A stretch of 64,000 nucleotides of DNA from Podarcis erhardii (lineage: Eukaryota): NCBI GenBank assembly GCA_964252035.1, contig CAXUOO010000164.1. One strand, 5' to 3'. Numbering within the stretch: position 1 is the first letter of the stretch; each line of letters opens with the position of its first letter. Made by a program: the position numbers and the translations under genes. The notes below the pieces were generated by a model. The model searched no databases and was not told the DNA's origin. It worked only from the letters and a program-made list of their open reading frames with translations. This document shows, piece by piece, positions 39,183 through 51,620 of the stretch.

Positions 39183-41147
39183 ATGATCGTCCGTGCAATT
39201 ACACCTGCGTGGCACTCTGGAGCGCCGGCGCTGAAGCATTTTTCGCTCTTCCATTTTGCTATACCTCAACAAGTTGTCGCCCATGCGAAAACGGGACAAA
39301 CTTTGCATGCGCTATACGCAAAATTTTTTGCTTATCTCCCACGTAGTTACTCTGCATCGTCGACTAATCATGGGCGCAAATTGAAGCTGGTAGGCGATGG
39401 TACTAGGAGCCTCACCGGAGATGACAAGTTCTTCACTTCGTGTTTGAAGAACTATTCACAGTCATCGCAGCTGAACTATGTGAAATTGGCGATGCTCCGT
39501 CCTTTCCAAAAAGTTTTGTTAGATATTTTTCCAAGAAAATACGCAAATTTACGATTCCATTACACCTGCACAGGTGGCCGTGATAGATCTAAATGGCGTT
39601 CAGCAGCTGGCACACAACAACCTTTTTGCACGTTACCCTGCGCTGCATCTTTCAAAAGGTGCTTCGAGATTGACAATTTTCCCGAGTTTCTTACCGCCTT
39701 GAATGACTATAAGGATGGAAATGTTATTCAGAGCTGTCTAGCATTTCGAAGTCTTCATAATATTTTGGAAGCGACGAGGATTCAATCTCACTTTCGACAG
39801 GATACGCATTATCTAGTCGCAGGGTGCCTTGCTGCAGTACTTTTCCTAGCTGGCAAATATGATGGTGCCTATCAGTTGTCTTCTGGTTTGCTGATGTCTG
39901 TAGATAGAGCGCCTTCAAGTATCAGCGATGCCGCGGCGATCTGCGCTATGGCTTGCACTATGGAGCTAGAGAAAAAAGCTTTACTGAATAATACAGGAGT
40001 CGACATTTTACATCGTCTGCAATGCAGCAATTTCCACAAGCTCGCTTCTCTGCGCAAAAGCGATATGCAGGAACTTACCGTTCTTCAAGAGAGTAATAAT
40101 TTTTTCTCTGGATCGGCCGATGGTGTAGCGTCGCGTTCAAAGTCAAAGGTGGGAAGCACCGTATTCTGGGAAAGCGGAGGAGTCCTTGAAAAGTTTTTTG
40201 ACCTAATGCAGAAATATAATGTATTCGTCAATAACGTTGAAAAATCGAGGAGCCAGCTTATGCGGAAACGAGACCAGCTAGAAGCTAGTGTTATCTTGAA
40301 GGATGCAGAACTTTTATTGAAAGATGCTACCGCTTTGCTTAGTTGTAGTGAATTTGCGCTGCTAGAAAACCGGTGCACTTTAGGAGCAAAGCAAGGGTGC
40401 AGCAGTGTTAGAGACGTCTCAGAATCTGGTGACCAGCTAAGCTCTATTTGTGAAGCCATTGTGAAGCGCGACTACGCTGATCAATTTATAGAAGGTTTGA
40501 TCAAACTTCACAAAGGTGTTGGTGCCATTTTAACATCTGCTACGGACTCTTTATCATCGAGCGCGTTTTCCCGATCCGACGTAGGCTGTGCAGCGTTTGA
40601 GATAGGGCAGTCAACATTAGAAGCTGGCCTTCAACTATGCAAAAAATTTCAGCCACCGGGGGCGCATGCTCTGAAAGCTGACCTTCTGTCTAATTTGGCG
40701 ACATCGTTCCTTGATGCGTATGAACCTGTCATTAGCGAAGGCCTTTTCAGATCAGCACTACGTGAATTTACATTCATTACGAAACTGCCTGTTGAAGTTT
40801 TGGGTAATTGTCCAAGAGGGTGGTATAGAAGTCAAGAGGTAGACTCAAAGAACGAAGACTCAGTATACCAGTTGAGGCAAAGCTGGAATGGTTCTCACCT
40901 TGAAAATGTTTTTACTTATGGTCTTGCACTACTGCGCTATGCTGCGTTGCTTTCCAAGTGGGAGGGTAGGCAAGTTGAGTCTGAAATAATTGCGAAAGCA
41001 GCGGCTAACTTGCTTGACCCCTTCTGCCAGGGCAGTGAAGAGAATACCACAATTCTTCATCGTATCTGTTGTTTCCTGTTGTTGTGGAGACCTTCTGTAT
41101 GTTTAGCGCCCTACTTGGCCTCGTGCATTCAACGAGTGGAATCGTGA
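39183..41147 (+). CDS. Intronless hypothetical protein (655 aa from ATG 39183), possibly mitochondrial and helical-repeat-like
   Basis: Track ORF of 672 aa in non-repetitive sequence, far too long to be chance. The N-terminus is poor in acidic residues and contains LPRSYSASS (R-X-Y/S cleavage-like). No family was recognised. Confidence 0.8.
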   Translation: MIVRAITPAWHSGAPALKHFSLFHFAIPQQVVAHAKTGQTLHALYAKFFAYLPRSYSASSTNHGRKLKLVGDGTRSLTGDDKFFTSCLKNYSQSSQLNYVKLAMLRPFQKVLLDIFPRKYANLRFHYTCTGGRDRSKWRSAAGTQQPFCTLPCAASFKRCFEIDNFPEFLTALNDYKDGNVIQSCLAFRSLHNILEATRIQSHFRQDTHYLVAGCLAAVLFLAGKYDGAYQLSSGLLMSVDRAPSSISDAAAICAMACTMELEKKALLNNTGVDILHRLQCSNFHKLASLRKSDMQELTVLQESNNFFSGSADGVASRSKSKVGSTVFWESGGVLEKFFDLMQKYNVFVNNVEKSRSQLMRKRDQLEASVILKDAELLLKDATALLSCSEFALLENRCTLGAKQGCSSVRDVSESGDQLSSICEAIVKRDYADQFIEGLIKLHKGVGAILTSATDSLSSSAFSRSDVGCAAFEIGQSTLEAGLQLCKKFQPPGAHALKADLLSNLATSFLDAYEPVISEGLFRSALREFTFITKLPVEVLGNCPRGWYRSQEVDSKNEDSVYQLRQSWNGSHLENVFTYGLALLRYAALLSKWEGRQVESEIIAKAAANLLDPFCQGSEENTTILHRICCFLLLWRPSVCLAPYLASCIQRVES

Positions 41148-42659
41148 TGTTTGCAGAAATTGCGGCGACGTTTCTTCAGAGTCACGTTTGTGTGTTCCTC
41201 CAGAACTTATATTGCTCGCTGTGCCGTTCTTGTTACTGTAACGTAGTGAAAGATGAATTTAGTCGTAGAAAGTGGGTGTACAACATGTATCCCCACCAAC
41301 CGTCCTTACACAGAAGAGCTAGAGAAGAAAAATTGTCAATAGACTTGAAACAGTATTCGTACTTCTATCGAACGCAAAGGCGCTACAGACGGTAAGAAAA
41401 GCAGAAACAATTGGTTTTTTCCTCTGACTACCAAGAACACACATATTTCAGAAGGTTTCCGCGAAATTTGTTCACTCATCAAGTCGAATGCGGAGCTCTG
41501 CTGCATTTTCGGTCTATCACGAACGCTTTATAAACGGTATAACTCCAGAACAAATTTCCTGTTTTCTTTTTCTTAAGTGAATACACAATGACACAAAATC
41601 CTAGACGTGATGTGTTACTGCTTTATGCCGGATGCGTTGCTCTGGTACGCATTTGCGAACGCCGGGATGCAGTGACTTCATCGGACGCATACATGAAAAT
41701 CAGACACAACTTTGATGAAGAGACCAAAATTCTCGCCGTTTCTACGATTTAAGCGACATTGTAGCTCTTTCAGCCTCCAACTGTGGTATCTGAGGAATGG
41801 TACTTAGGACTGTCGCAAGCGAGCTCCTCAATCATCTGCATATGCAAAAAGTTTGTGATCAAGACATGGTAAAATTCGTGTGACTTTTTGCCTTGCACAA
41901 GAAGAGAAACCAAAGCTATGCTGGTCAATTTACCTTCGCGTCGGAGACGTGTGACACCCTTCAAGCAGGTGACGCTGAAATACTCTAGGGAGGTTGCTAG
42001 GAGATCTGAAGTTCCTGCGGGTGTTTGAAGTTCAGAATCTAGACAAATCTAATGCACGCCTCCTCATTTTCTGTTTTGACTTGCATCAACATCAGTGACT
42101 AGAAGCAAAAATACGAGCACTTCACACGATGTTCAGCTATTGTTACCTGCTTCAAAGGAATAGGTACTTGTAAGTTTTTGGAAAGGCTTATTCTTCATAT
42201 ATATGTAATAGATCCGCGTTCACGGTGACAGCGACAGACAACCCCTCAAGTAGCTTTTGAACAGTTGAATATGTGAAATATGTAACGGTTGTATTTTATG
42301 TTCACATAGTTGACTATATTGTCTTTGCACTAGATTAGCTGGCGACTGTGATCCTACTTTGGCGATAATGTACGCATTTCAGGTAACAGCGTAGTTTTTC
42401 GCTTTCTAACGCAGCTTCGTGTCTTCTATAGTTGTTGAAGTACCTGAGCAAATTTTGATCATAATTAAATATTTACAGCAGGTAGCTTGAGTTCTACTAC
42501 CCATTATGTAAGGAAGGCCGCTGAAGTGCAATTTTTTATGAGATGCCACCCCAGAATAAATTGCAAGCTATTTTAAAACATTGCTGTCATTGTGGGTATG
42601 AAAGCAGGAATTCTTGTGTCAGCTGAAGTTGAAGGTGACTTTGTCGTTGCCGACCCGGC

Positions 42660-43417
42660 GTGACGCTACAAAATCCTCTGTTGTATGTGGTTGACTGGGA
42701 GTTCAATCTGCCGCCCTTTGATTTTTGTGCCGGGCCGGTGAACGACTTGTACAAATCCTACAGTCTCGCAGCGCGCGATGTCCGGCATGATCCTGTAGCG
42801 TCAAAGCATCGTGGACAGTTTTCGTGCTTGGAGTCAACAAGCAATTTCGTAGGTATGGACTAGGAAAAAAGAACAAGTTTTGCGTCTGGCAGGCTAGTTT
42901 ATTAACGCTCTGCAGAATCACTCAACGAGGCAAATTGCTGCTTTTATCACGGAGTCAGACGGTGCACCAGGCCAAGCTGTATCTAACATTGCTAACCCTG
43001 AAACAAAGACGTCTCAGTCTCATCACCACCTCATTTCCATACACGGAAACAGAAGCTTGTAAAGCGTCCCGAGTTGGGATCTAGCTGGGAATTCAGACAT
43101 TGTTCTGCAGGGACCGGAGTTGTTTTACCTGGTTCAACTCTCAAAAACTGGATATTGCTCCGTCAGCATTTGACTACAATTTAGACTATACGAGTGCACG
43201 AGGCAAGAAAATGTTCCTGCTTCTTCACCTTACGCCGAGCATCTCAAGCGGGTTTTCTTTTTTCTCCTTAGGCGATCCTCTGGCAACGCCTCTGCACAAG
43301 TGTAAGAATGAGCTTTACACTCGCGATATCTCATTCCCAAGAAATCCAGCAGACGACGCATACGGAGAACAGCTGGCCAATATCAGAATGTCTGTGACAG
43401 ATCTCCGTTCGATATAA
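42660..43417 (+). CDS. Possible small spliced hypothetical gene
   Basis: Short same-strand ORFs (42660-42863, 43100-43417) with acceptor-like ttctgcAG and ctccttAG sites. No recognisable domain and no consistent splice path found. Confidence 0.2.
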
Positions 43418-44056
43418 AGGAATTAGGTAGTCTTTTGCGAAACTGGATTGTAGGCATCGGGGATCTCATTCAATTGTTGGGAGTTGCGACGAAGCGTTGC
43501 TGGTTTTCCCTTACGTACTTTGATTTCGTAGTGCGAAATCTATGCATAAGGTAGTAAAGTAAATAAACTGTTTTTTCTTCTACTTTGTTGTCTGCCAGGG
43601 CCAGGACGTATGAAGTCATCAAATCCTCCAAACTGTTGTCAGCGATTATCTATATATTGAATTTTCAGCATGGTTCGAAAAACACTCGCCAGTGCTCCGC
43701 ATACCACAGGGACGCAAACAGTCCGCATTCCCTCCCGTGATGCACTTCCATTCAAATATCATCACAGCTGAGATTCCCAAAGCAACAAAGCAATGAAACC
43801 TCGCTTAAAAAAGAAAAGGGAGTTTTCCGATTAAGCAGTCTATCGAATTGGAACAATTTTCTAAACAAACAAACAATCACAAGCGACAATGAAACTTAGT
43901 ATTAATAAACCATCATCGGAAAAGTTTCTCACAATTCACTTGCAAAAACGACTTTTGTCCAAAAGTAGCTGCTACCATGCTTTGCCTTAGCGAATTGATG
44001 TCACAGAAGGCTCACCGACTTTTCAAGGGGACATGCCAAGCGCGATGGGTACTCGT

Positions 44057-46848
44057 TCAGTTTAAACGCGCTTCCTCCATGGTGAAGTTCACCATCGCCA
44101 TTGCAGCAGCCTAGGCAAGAAGGTAGTAGAACACATATATATATGTGCATGCTTCGCGCTCATCACAAAGGCACCCATATAAAAATTTAACTTGAGCTAC
44201 CAGCGGTCTCGCTGGCACCACCAACATTGCAATAAAAGCAAAGAATCATAAGAGATGTCTACTGGAATAAAGGCTCTATAAGACCCAAAGACAAACTGAC
44301 AGAGTCCATTTTTACTGGCAATGATCTTGCTTCTCAGCATCATCAACAACCCAGGGCTTGAATACAAACAGGCCTCAAAACGTTTTTGAAATTTTGATGT
44401 CACCTGAGTCTGGACCACTATCTGTCAACAATTGACTCACTAGGGTTGTCGTTCCTCCAATAAATCCTGCTGCATGACAATGGATAAAATCAGACGGGTT
44501 TGCTTTATCTGCGTCTTTCACCTTGGAGTTGCATACAATAGTCCCTAGTTCTTCTCCTTTAAGTCCCAGCAGCTTTTTAGAAAGAGGGAGACGAGCAGCA
44601 AACATCTGGCCTTCTTTCTCGACAACACGAACTCTCCATCCAACAGCTTTCCCGCCCTTCAAATCCGGATATATACAAAACAAGATTGACGAACTTAATC
44701 CTTCCTCCTCTTCAATGATGTAGAGATGCTCCTGTACGGAACATGCCACAATAGACAAGCTTCTCACGCTTGGCACGCATTTTTCGTACGTGTAAGCAAG
44801 TCCACACTAATGCATGCATACAATGTCTACTTTCCATTCACATAAACTTCTTGTTACACTCGTCGACGACTTGGACGCGACTCTAGTGTCCTAGGAACGG
44901 GGAAAAAAACCAACCTTTTAACAGTGTTAGCAGTCGTATTTGTGGCCGAATCGACAATCAAGACACATACCATGAAAGGGCAATACTTCGCTAGCTTTAT
45001 TACTCTTCCAGAAGCATGCACGTCCAATCGCCGATTGATTGCATCCAACACTAAAGCTCTAGCAGGCATCCAGAAATCTACGATGGCGCTGACAGCGGAC
45101 TGAAGCTCGTCATCGGCAAGTTTCATTGCTTTTCGGAATCCCAAAACTTCTTCTTCGTATCCGCCTTCTACGTGAGCCGGATGGAGATCACGTTCATCGA
45201 AATTCAAACATTTGTGCCTAGGTGTACATAGCCTTAGATCGTCCACGTTCCACGGCGGATTGCACCGAGAAACTCGGCTTCCGAGATTCGTTGAATCCTT
45301 GAACAAAAGCGGACCTCCATTGGGCACCACGGAAACGCCGTTGTCAAGAGCGTCGATGGCTTCTAGGAAATTTGTGTACAAAAGAGGATAAACGATCTTG
45401 AGACTTTCCGGGTCCGTAATGCCTTTGAAGGATAGACAAATTTTCTCACACATTTTGATAGTTACTAACGGTAGGTGTCAGCTCTCTATCATCAACTTTC
45501 TAGAAAGTATAAAATGTCTCTATTACCTGCCGAATAGAGACACACGACAGCTCGAAAGCTGCACATCACGTATTAACATGAACGGGAGTAACCAGCCACG
45601 GCAGAGGGTACATAGCTTTCTTTTCTGCCATCGCGGGCCCTCTCATTTGCACAAAGGGCCGGATGCAATACATATATGAATGTCATTTTAATTGTTCTGC
45701 TAGTGAAAATAGAACTTTCAAGACATACCAAATCGATGCTGCAGCAACCTCTTGCCGAAGTGCTTGTAAACCAAGCCTGCGCTGCTGAGCTTGGTGATTG
45801 CAGTCCTCTCCTTGTGTTTACTTGGACGATCGGCTGTCTCAACCAAAATGCCCGTGTGTTTGCTTTCACTGTCTGCAGATGGCGTATCATAAAATGTGGT
45901 GGAAAAACTTTTTTGATGGTGATCAAAGCGATTTTTTTCCGCATCATATACGCCTCCTACGTCTACGACAATATCGCACGAATCCAGAATGGCAGGGTCT
46001 CGTGAGCGTATTACTTTCGCCTGGCAATTCTCTGGCAAGCTCAGCAGCATGACCGTGGCAATGACTTCGTCAAGATGAAATCTAAAAAACACATCAAAAC
46101 ATTTGTACGTTTTGAATCCTAATGAAATTCACCAGAGTTCCCCACAGAAGACAGATTCCTATATTGATCGCGTTGAAATGGCTTTCTTAATAAACAAATG
46201 GAACTGTGCTCGTTTGCTTTTTCATTACATTTTCCAATGAATGGTCCGCATCGTTACAGAACATTCCGATACACAGATATACACATATCACATGTAGAAA
46301 TAAACATATTGGAGCACGTGCAGCTACTCATAACAATCAAAAGAAATTTTTATTTGTGTGTAAATACCTTTTGTAGATATTAGTACAATATTATGCAGAC
46401 TGATGGTAGGGATGCCTCGCAACCTAGTTCCATATAGAAGTACATATACGTATATAAATAGATAATTATACAGTTTAAGTAGTCGCTATATCATTATGCA
46501 GGTGCAATATTTATCCGGCAAATCTGAGCATTTCCCACATTTAAACGAGACTGCGTTATAAATGCATTGCATAACTTATCACAAGTGAAAAATCTTGCTT
46601 TCTGAAACGATCGAGCACCAACCGTAAAAGTACCAAACTGGCGTAAAAGATTTCAGGTGCAGAAAACCAAAAAAAACAATTCCATTTAGCAGGATGTACG
46701 GATTGCACTATCGCTTGTTGTGTTACTGATTCATGCGCCAGACGTGCGAAGTGCACTGGTGGAGCTTCTTGGTCTGATATTCTATGTATGCTCACGTGCC
46801 GCTGTGAGTTGCAATAGTACGGTTAACCTCAAGCCGTGGTTTCTCCAT
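44057..46848 (-). CDS. MYG1: MYG1 family (UPF0160, DHH-like) exonuclease, 5 exons, 400 aa (495 aa if ATG 47133 is used)
   Basis: Exons (minus): 46796-46848, 45729-46081, 44971-45422, 44441-44731, 44057-44110; phases consistent. Motifs: IATHSGTFHLDEV, VIRSRDP, DIVVDVGGVYD..RFDHHQ, KLSSAGLVYKHFG, FLEAIDALDNGV, RVSRCNPPWN, FIHCHAAGFIGG. Confidence 0.93.
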
Positions 46849-47161
46849 GAGCGATATTTTTTGCTGCTGGCGAAAACGCAAGGTGGTGCAGGGGATTCCT
46901 GTTGCGTCTCTGTGACCGAGGGGGGAAAAGCAGCGTGTTGACAGAAAAGAAGCAGATACCAGGTTGAGAGGCTTGGACCGTACTAATGGCGCAGAACTGT
47001 GGAATGATGCTACAGAGTCAACGGTTGAAACAAAATTTTTTCCGGCCAAAAAACTAAGTGCTCTTCCGCTAAGAGGCAAAAAGAACTGCCCTGAAAATAA
47101 GAAATACGAGATGTAATATGAAAAACAATTCATAAAACCACCTTAGAAAGTAACATCAATG

Positions 47162-47264
47162 GAGGAGTCGTGTACAAATCCAACAAAATATTCGCATTGA
47201 AAAACATAACATAGAGGAGTCGTGTGCAAATCCAACAAATTATTCGCAATGAAAAAAATAACAT
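47162..47264. repeat. 2 x about 52-bp imperfect tandem duplication immediately 5' of MYG1
   Basis: GAGGAGTCGTGT(A/G)CAAATCCAACAAA(A/T)TATTCGCA(T/A)TGAAAAA.ATAACAT at 47162 and 47214. Confidence 0.85.
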
Positions 47265-50200
47265 TTATGTCGCTGCGAGTGGTGTCTGTGAGCAGAGATG
47301 ATCAACGCGCAGGGGAATGAGCATGCAGGAACAAATGGAGAGAGGCTCGTGCACTCTAAAGCCGAAGCAGATGTTGAAATTCTGTAAGTTTAACAAACGT
47401 AGGGAAATGTGGCAAGCGCAGAATTTGTCTTTAAATGTCGCCTGTGTCTCGCGCCGCATGTGCGAAAGTGTTCGAAGGAAACAGGCAAGATAACTTTATA
47501 CGCCATAGCAAGGTCGCAAGCACATATCAAATTACCACTAAGTAGATGCACATGCAGTTGCGTACTTCACCTGTTTTTGAGCTGTTTTGTTCTTGAGGAA
47601 CGAAAAAAATTGCCTAAAATAAAAAGTTCAGTCTTTGCTATCTGTTTCGGGCTATTTAACTGCGAGGCGGATATGGGCAAATGTTTACCTGACAGTTTAT
47701 TCTTGGCGTTTTTCCCAACGAGTGAGGTAACTAAAACGTGGCGCCGAATGACAAATATTTCCCCTTGTTACGCTTATGCTTGCAGCTATAAAGCTCTCTC
47801 ACTCGTTTCTCACTTGCTGTGAAGTGGAGTAGGAGTGCTGCTGTTCACTTAACTACTTGACAGCAAGAGCCTGAGTACATTTTCTGATTGAAAATAAGTC
47901 ATGCCTAGTAGAAGGTGAAGCGTCTTGAGTTACCTCGAAACCATCATGTGTGAGTGTCGCTCCACCCAACACTTGCAAAGAGCTACATATTTTATAAATA
48001 AGCAGCAAACCCGATTTGATAAATCCGTCGTACGTGAAGTTTTACCCGTATCCAGCCTCGGTCCGGATGCTTGAACTTTCAGTAAATCAATTCCATTATC
48101 AAAGATGTTAAGTATTAGTGATTGTCATTTATATGCTTTTGGATACTTCCGAATTTTCCAGTTTTTATTGGGCGCTCCGTTACTTTTGCATTTGTGTAAT
48201 CAGACCGAAAACATATACCTCATCCGTATATCGAAAGCCGAACAGAGAGTTTGGTGCATTCTGGGTTACACGTTCCCCAAACGTCGGATCGAATGTCGAA
48301 TCAATTTGTGTCATGTAACTGAAGTTGGAGCGAGGGCACGTAATGCCACAAGCTAGCATGATGCTTTCAAGGTATAAACAGACACTGCATTAGGATCGTA
48401 AACGAATTTCAGATATGGTCATCTATATACAATATACAAAATATATATATATATATATATTTAGTATATTATATATGTAAAACATAAATATGCAGAAAAA
48501 CGCCTATGTTTGAACGGATCTCTCTGACAGAAATTGTGATAGCTAGGCTTGCAATCTTCGAATGTGATGTTCGCATAATACGGAAGCTTCGGTTTGCAAT
48601 CTAGATTTTACAGGTCAGAACTGCGTATGTAAGGAAGCTGCGTATTGACAGTCTGCGTAGGACTAGGATGTAAGGTGAAGAAGCGTGAGTAGGGAGACAG
48701 AGTGACACAGCACGTTGTATTCGGAGTTCTGCAGTGACAATTCTGCAATGCAGTGAGAGAAAGTTCTCGTCCCTTTACTAAGAGTTCGCGTCGAAAATGG
48801 TATTTCCTAGTTTTTTATCTCATGCTTTACGTGATTATAGCTTCAGCAATCCTGATGATTTATGTTCATTTAAGGCAGAATTGAATAAGAAACCTTGTGT
48901 ATATGTTACGTTTTATTTTTGACAACGTGTCAAATGTGGCTGCTGCGGAAGCTGTTTCTATGTCATTCTCGTTGCTAGATTTAAGTGTGCTTTCCAGGTC
49001 CTGTCATAGTATCTCAAGAAGTACTAAACCGGCGCAGTCTGTTGTTCATGAATTTCATCAGTATCAAGATTTGAATAAAAGAGCCCATGAAGCTGAAAGC
49101 GCATTAAACGGTGTCATTAGTGTATAGTTTTCAATTTTCACTACATGGGATGTGTCGCAAAGTGTTGTGGCTTGGTTGCAGGTCCTCGATCAAATTACTT
49201 GCGTTTCTGTACACGTTGTGCAGCTACAGAAAAAGTCTCTGCAGTGAAATTGGTACATTTCTTATCGTGAACGCCGATGTGCCTCCAGTGTGTGACACGA
49301 ATCACGACCTTGAGAGCCATCATGTTTCCATATAGATTGCTTTACGGCTTTGTCGCACGCGATGTAAAGCAGATGCAGGCGGTATGAATTTGTTTTAAAA
49401 ATCGCTGGTTGTGACTAGACGTTGAACAAAGTAGCGAAATAAGCAAGATGTCGAGATGAACACTAAGCAGTGACTGCTTTGATTAGCAGTCTGCGGATTC
49501 AGCTCAAAGTAAGCACAGGTCAGATCTGCTCAGGTTGGAAAAGGGCCGTTGATGGTGTCCTGAAATAGCTTGTACGAGACGGTCTCGAACACCGGCTCAG
49601 AACCCGTGAATCGTAGGAAATTTCATGCAAGAGAACTGCGTGGGCTCATAACTCCTTAGCCCCCAGGCAGTGTGAATGTGCTTCAGAGTGACAGATAAGA
49701 AGCTATTTCTGATATTACTTTGACACAGTGGCACGCTCGATATCAATTTATTCAGCAGTGCTTATCTGGCACATCCTTCATCCGGGGACACATCGTCCAC
49801 AAAACGATAACTTGGCAACCAAGATCTGTACGTCAATATAGAGGTGTTTACGCTTATATCAATATGTGTCGTGCCTCTGGATGTATGAACACATTGTCGA
49901 TCGTCCAGAATCTCTATATCTGGAGCTCTTATATCAATCTTTACTGTTGGAAAAGGCAGCGACACACCGATGCAAAAACTGTAGTAAGCTTATCAAGAGA
50001 TGACACTGACACCCTGCTTTATTTGACACTCATGGGTTTTCTTTGATGCTATTTAAGCTTAATGGTGCTGATGGCGTACTGCACCCTGTTGGTTTGAAAT
50101 ATTACAGAATATTATAAGTACACAAGGTCGTACATGCACATACATGTTTTTTTATTAAGTTATCCAATGTAAACTATCAAAAATGATGCCTTGAATTACT

Positions 50201-51003
50201 GTACTCGTATACTGTTCATGTAAGCAAATGTGTAAGGGAGATATCATATGAACGTTTATCCGCGGTAGCTTTTTATATTAGAGGGGGGAGTCAGGTTCTA
50301 CGGCGTGAAAAATTTGCTGCCAACACCTCCGAATCCGTACTAGATTTTACAAATGTCTGTTTTCAACAAAATAAGAAGAGTTATGTCCTCATCGTTGCGC
50401 CATGCGCAAATTTCCTCTACAATATAGCTGCAAATTCATCATGGATGGAGCAAAACCATATAAAAGCGCGAATGTTGCTACGGATACCACAGGAAAAAAG
50501 TATTACCAGAGTCACTGTGATGCATTCCATCGGCAAACGTTTCAAGTGTGCTCCACACCTCTGTAAAGGGTGCCCACACGTCCATATAAAAAAGTTTGCG
50601 CAGGGTGAGTTGACTTCGGATGCAGGCGGGCAGTGTGCGTCGAATTCTCATCTCACTCTCTATAATGCTTCTGGCTCAACTTGTGTATCAGTAAATTAAA
50701 GATTCAGTAACATGGGAAAATAAATTTGCCCGGAAGAGCGTATGGATTCTCCGGCATGATGACTGTGCGTGGGCGCCTTCTCCTTCAGATATGATCAAAG
50801 AATGGGATACCTTCACTAAGGTCGCTACCATTTTCTGGAAATATAGACAAATGGCGACTTTTTCAATCGTGAATATTATTCGGCATGATGGCTCTGCTTG
50901 GGCGCTTTCTCTTTTTGATGTTATCACAGACTGGGATATACTTTTAGGTGAATTGCTATAGTTCTTCGGAAATTACAAAGGAACTCGTTCATTTTGGCTT
51001 CTA

Positions 51004-51121
51004 AATAGTAAATGTTCATCGATAAGCAGACACGAATACGATGCGGTAGTGGATTTACATATATTTTCTCAATAGTAAATGTTCATCGATAAGCAGACAC
51101 GAAGACGATGCGGTAGTGGAT
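51004..51121. repeat. 2 x 51-bp direct repeat with 16-bp spacer upstream of alanine dehydrogenase
   Basis: AATAGTAAATGTTCATCGATAAGCAGACACGAA(T/G)ACGATGCGGTAGTGGAT at 51004 and 51071, one mismatch. Confidence 0.9.
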
Positions 51122-51620
51122 ACACTGAGCACTTACACACAATTAGTGAGGCGGCTGTAGAGCATACTGACGCCGTGAAAAAAAACAAACAATTTTGCAA
51201 AGTTCTGAGAGCAGTATACTCTATTTTGATGTACTGTTTGAGAACGAGAGTATGAGATGAACTAAAGTTAACTTCTCATCGTTAGTGACTGGACAGCACA
51301 GGTGAACGTGAACGAGCATGGCTTCTGCAGATCGACACGCGAACTACTAGGGGAAAGGCACCGCTACACTTGATGATTTCAGATTAAAAGCATCTTTTGC
51401 TTTATTCTACCAACAATACTTTCTAGACCATAAAGCGGTTTGAATTTTTATACTGTTCCGTCGCAGACGATCCGATATTAAAGTTGTTTTGATATGAGTA
51501 TGGCTGATATATGAGTCTCCCGCGCATGAGCTACGACAATAACGTTCGGTCTCGAACAAATGTTTGCGCTCTTAAACGCATAAAAACCAATCTCACACTT
51601 CATTAGTTATTTATGAAAAT

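Noticed and set aside
44811-44818. TGCATGCA palindrome as a regulatory site
   Set aside because: A known abundant coccidian motif; this copy is intronic in MYG1 and isolated, so no function can be supported.
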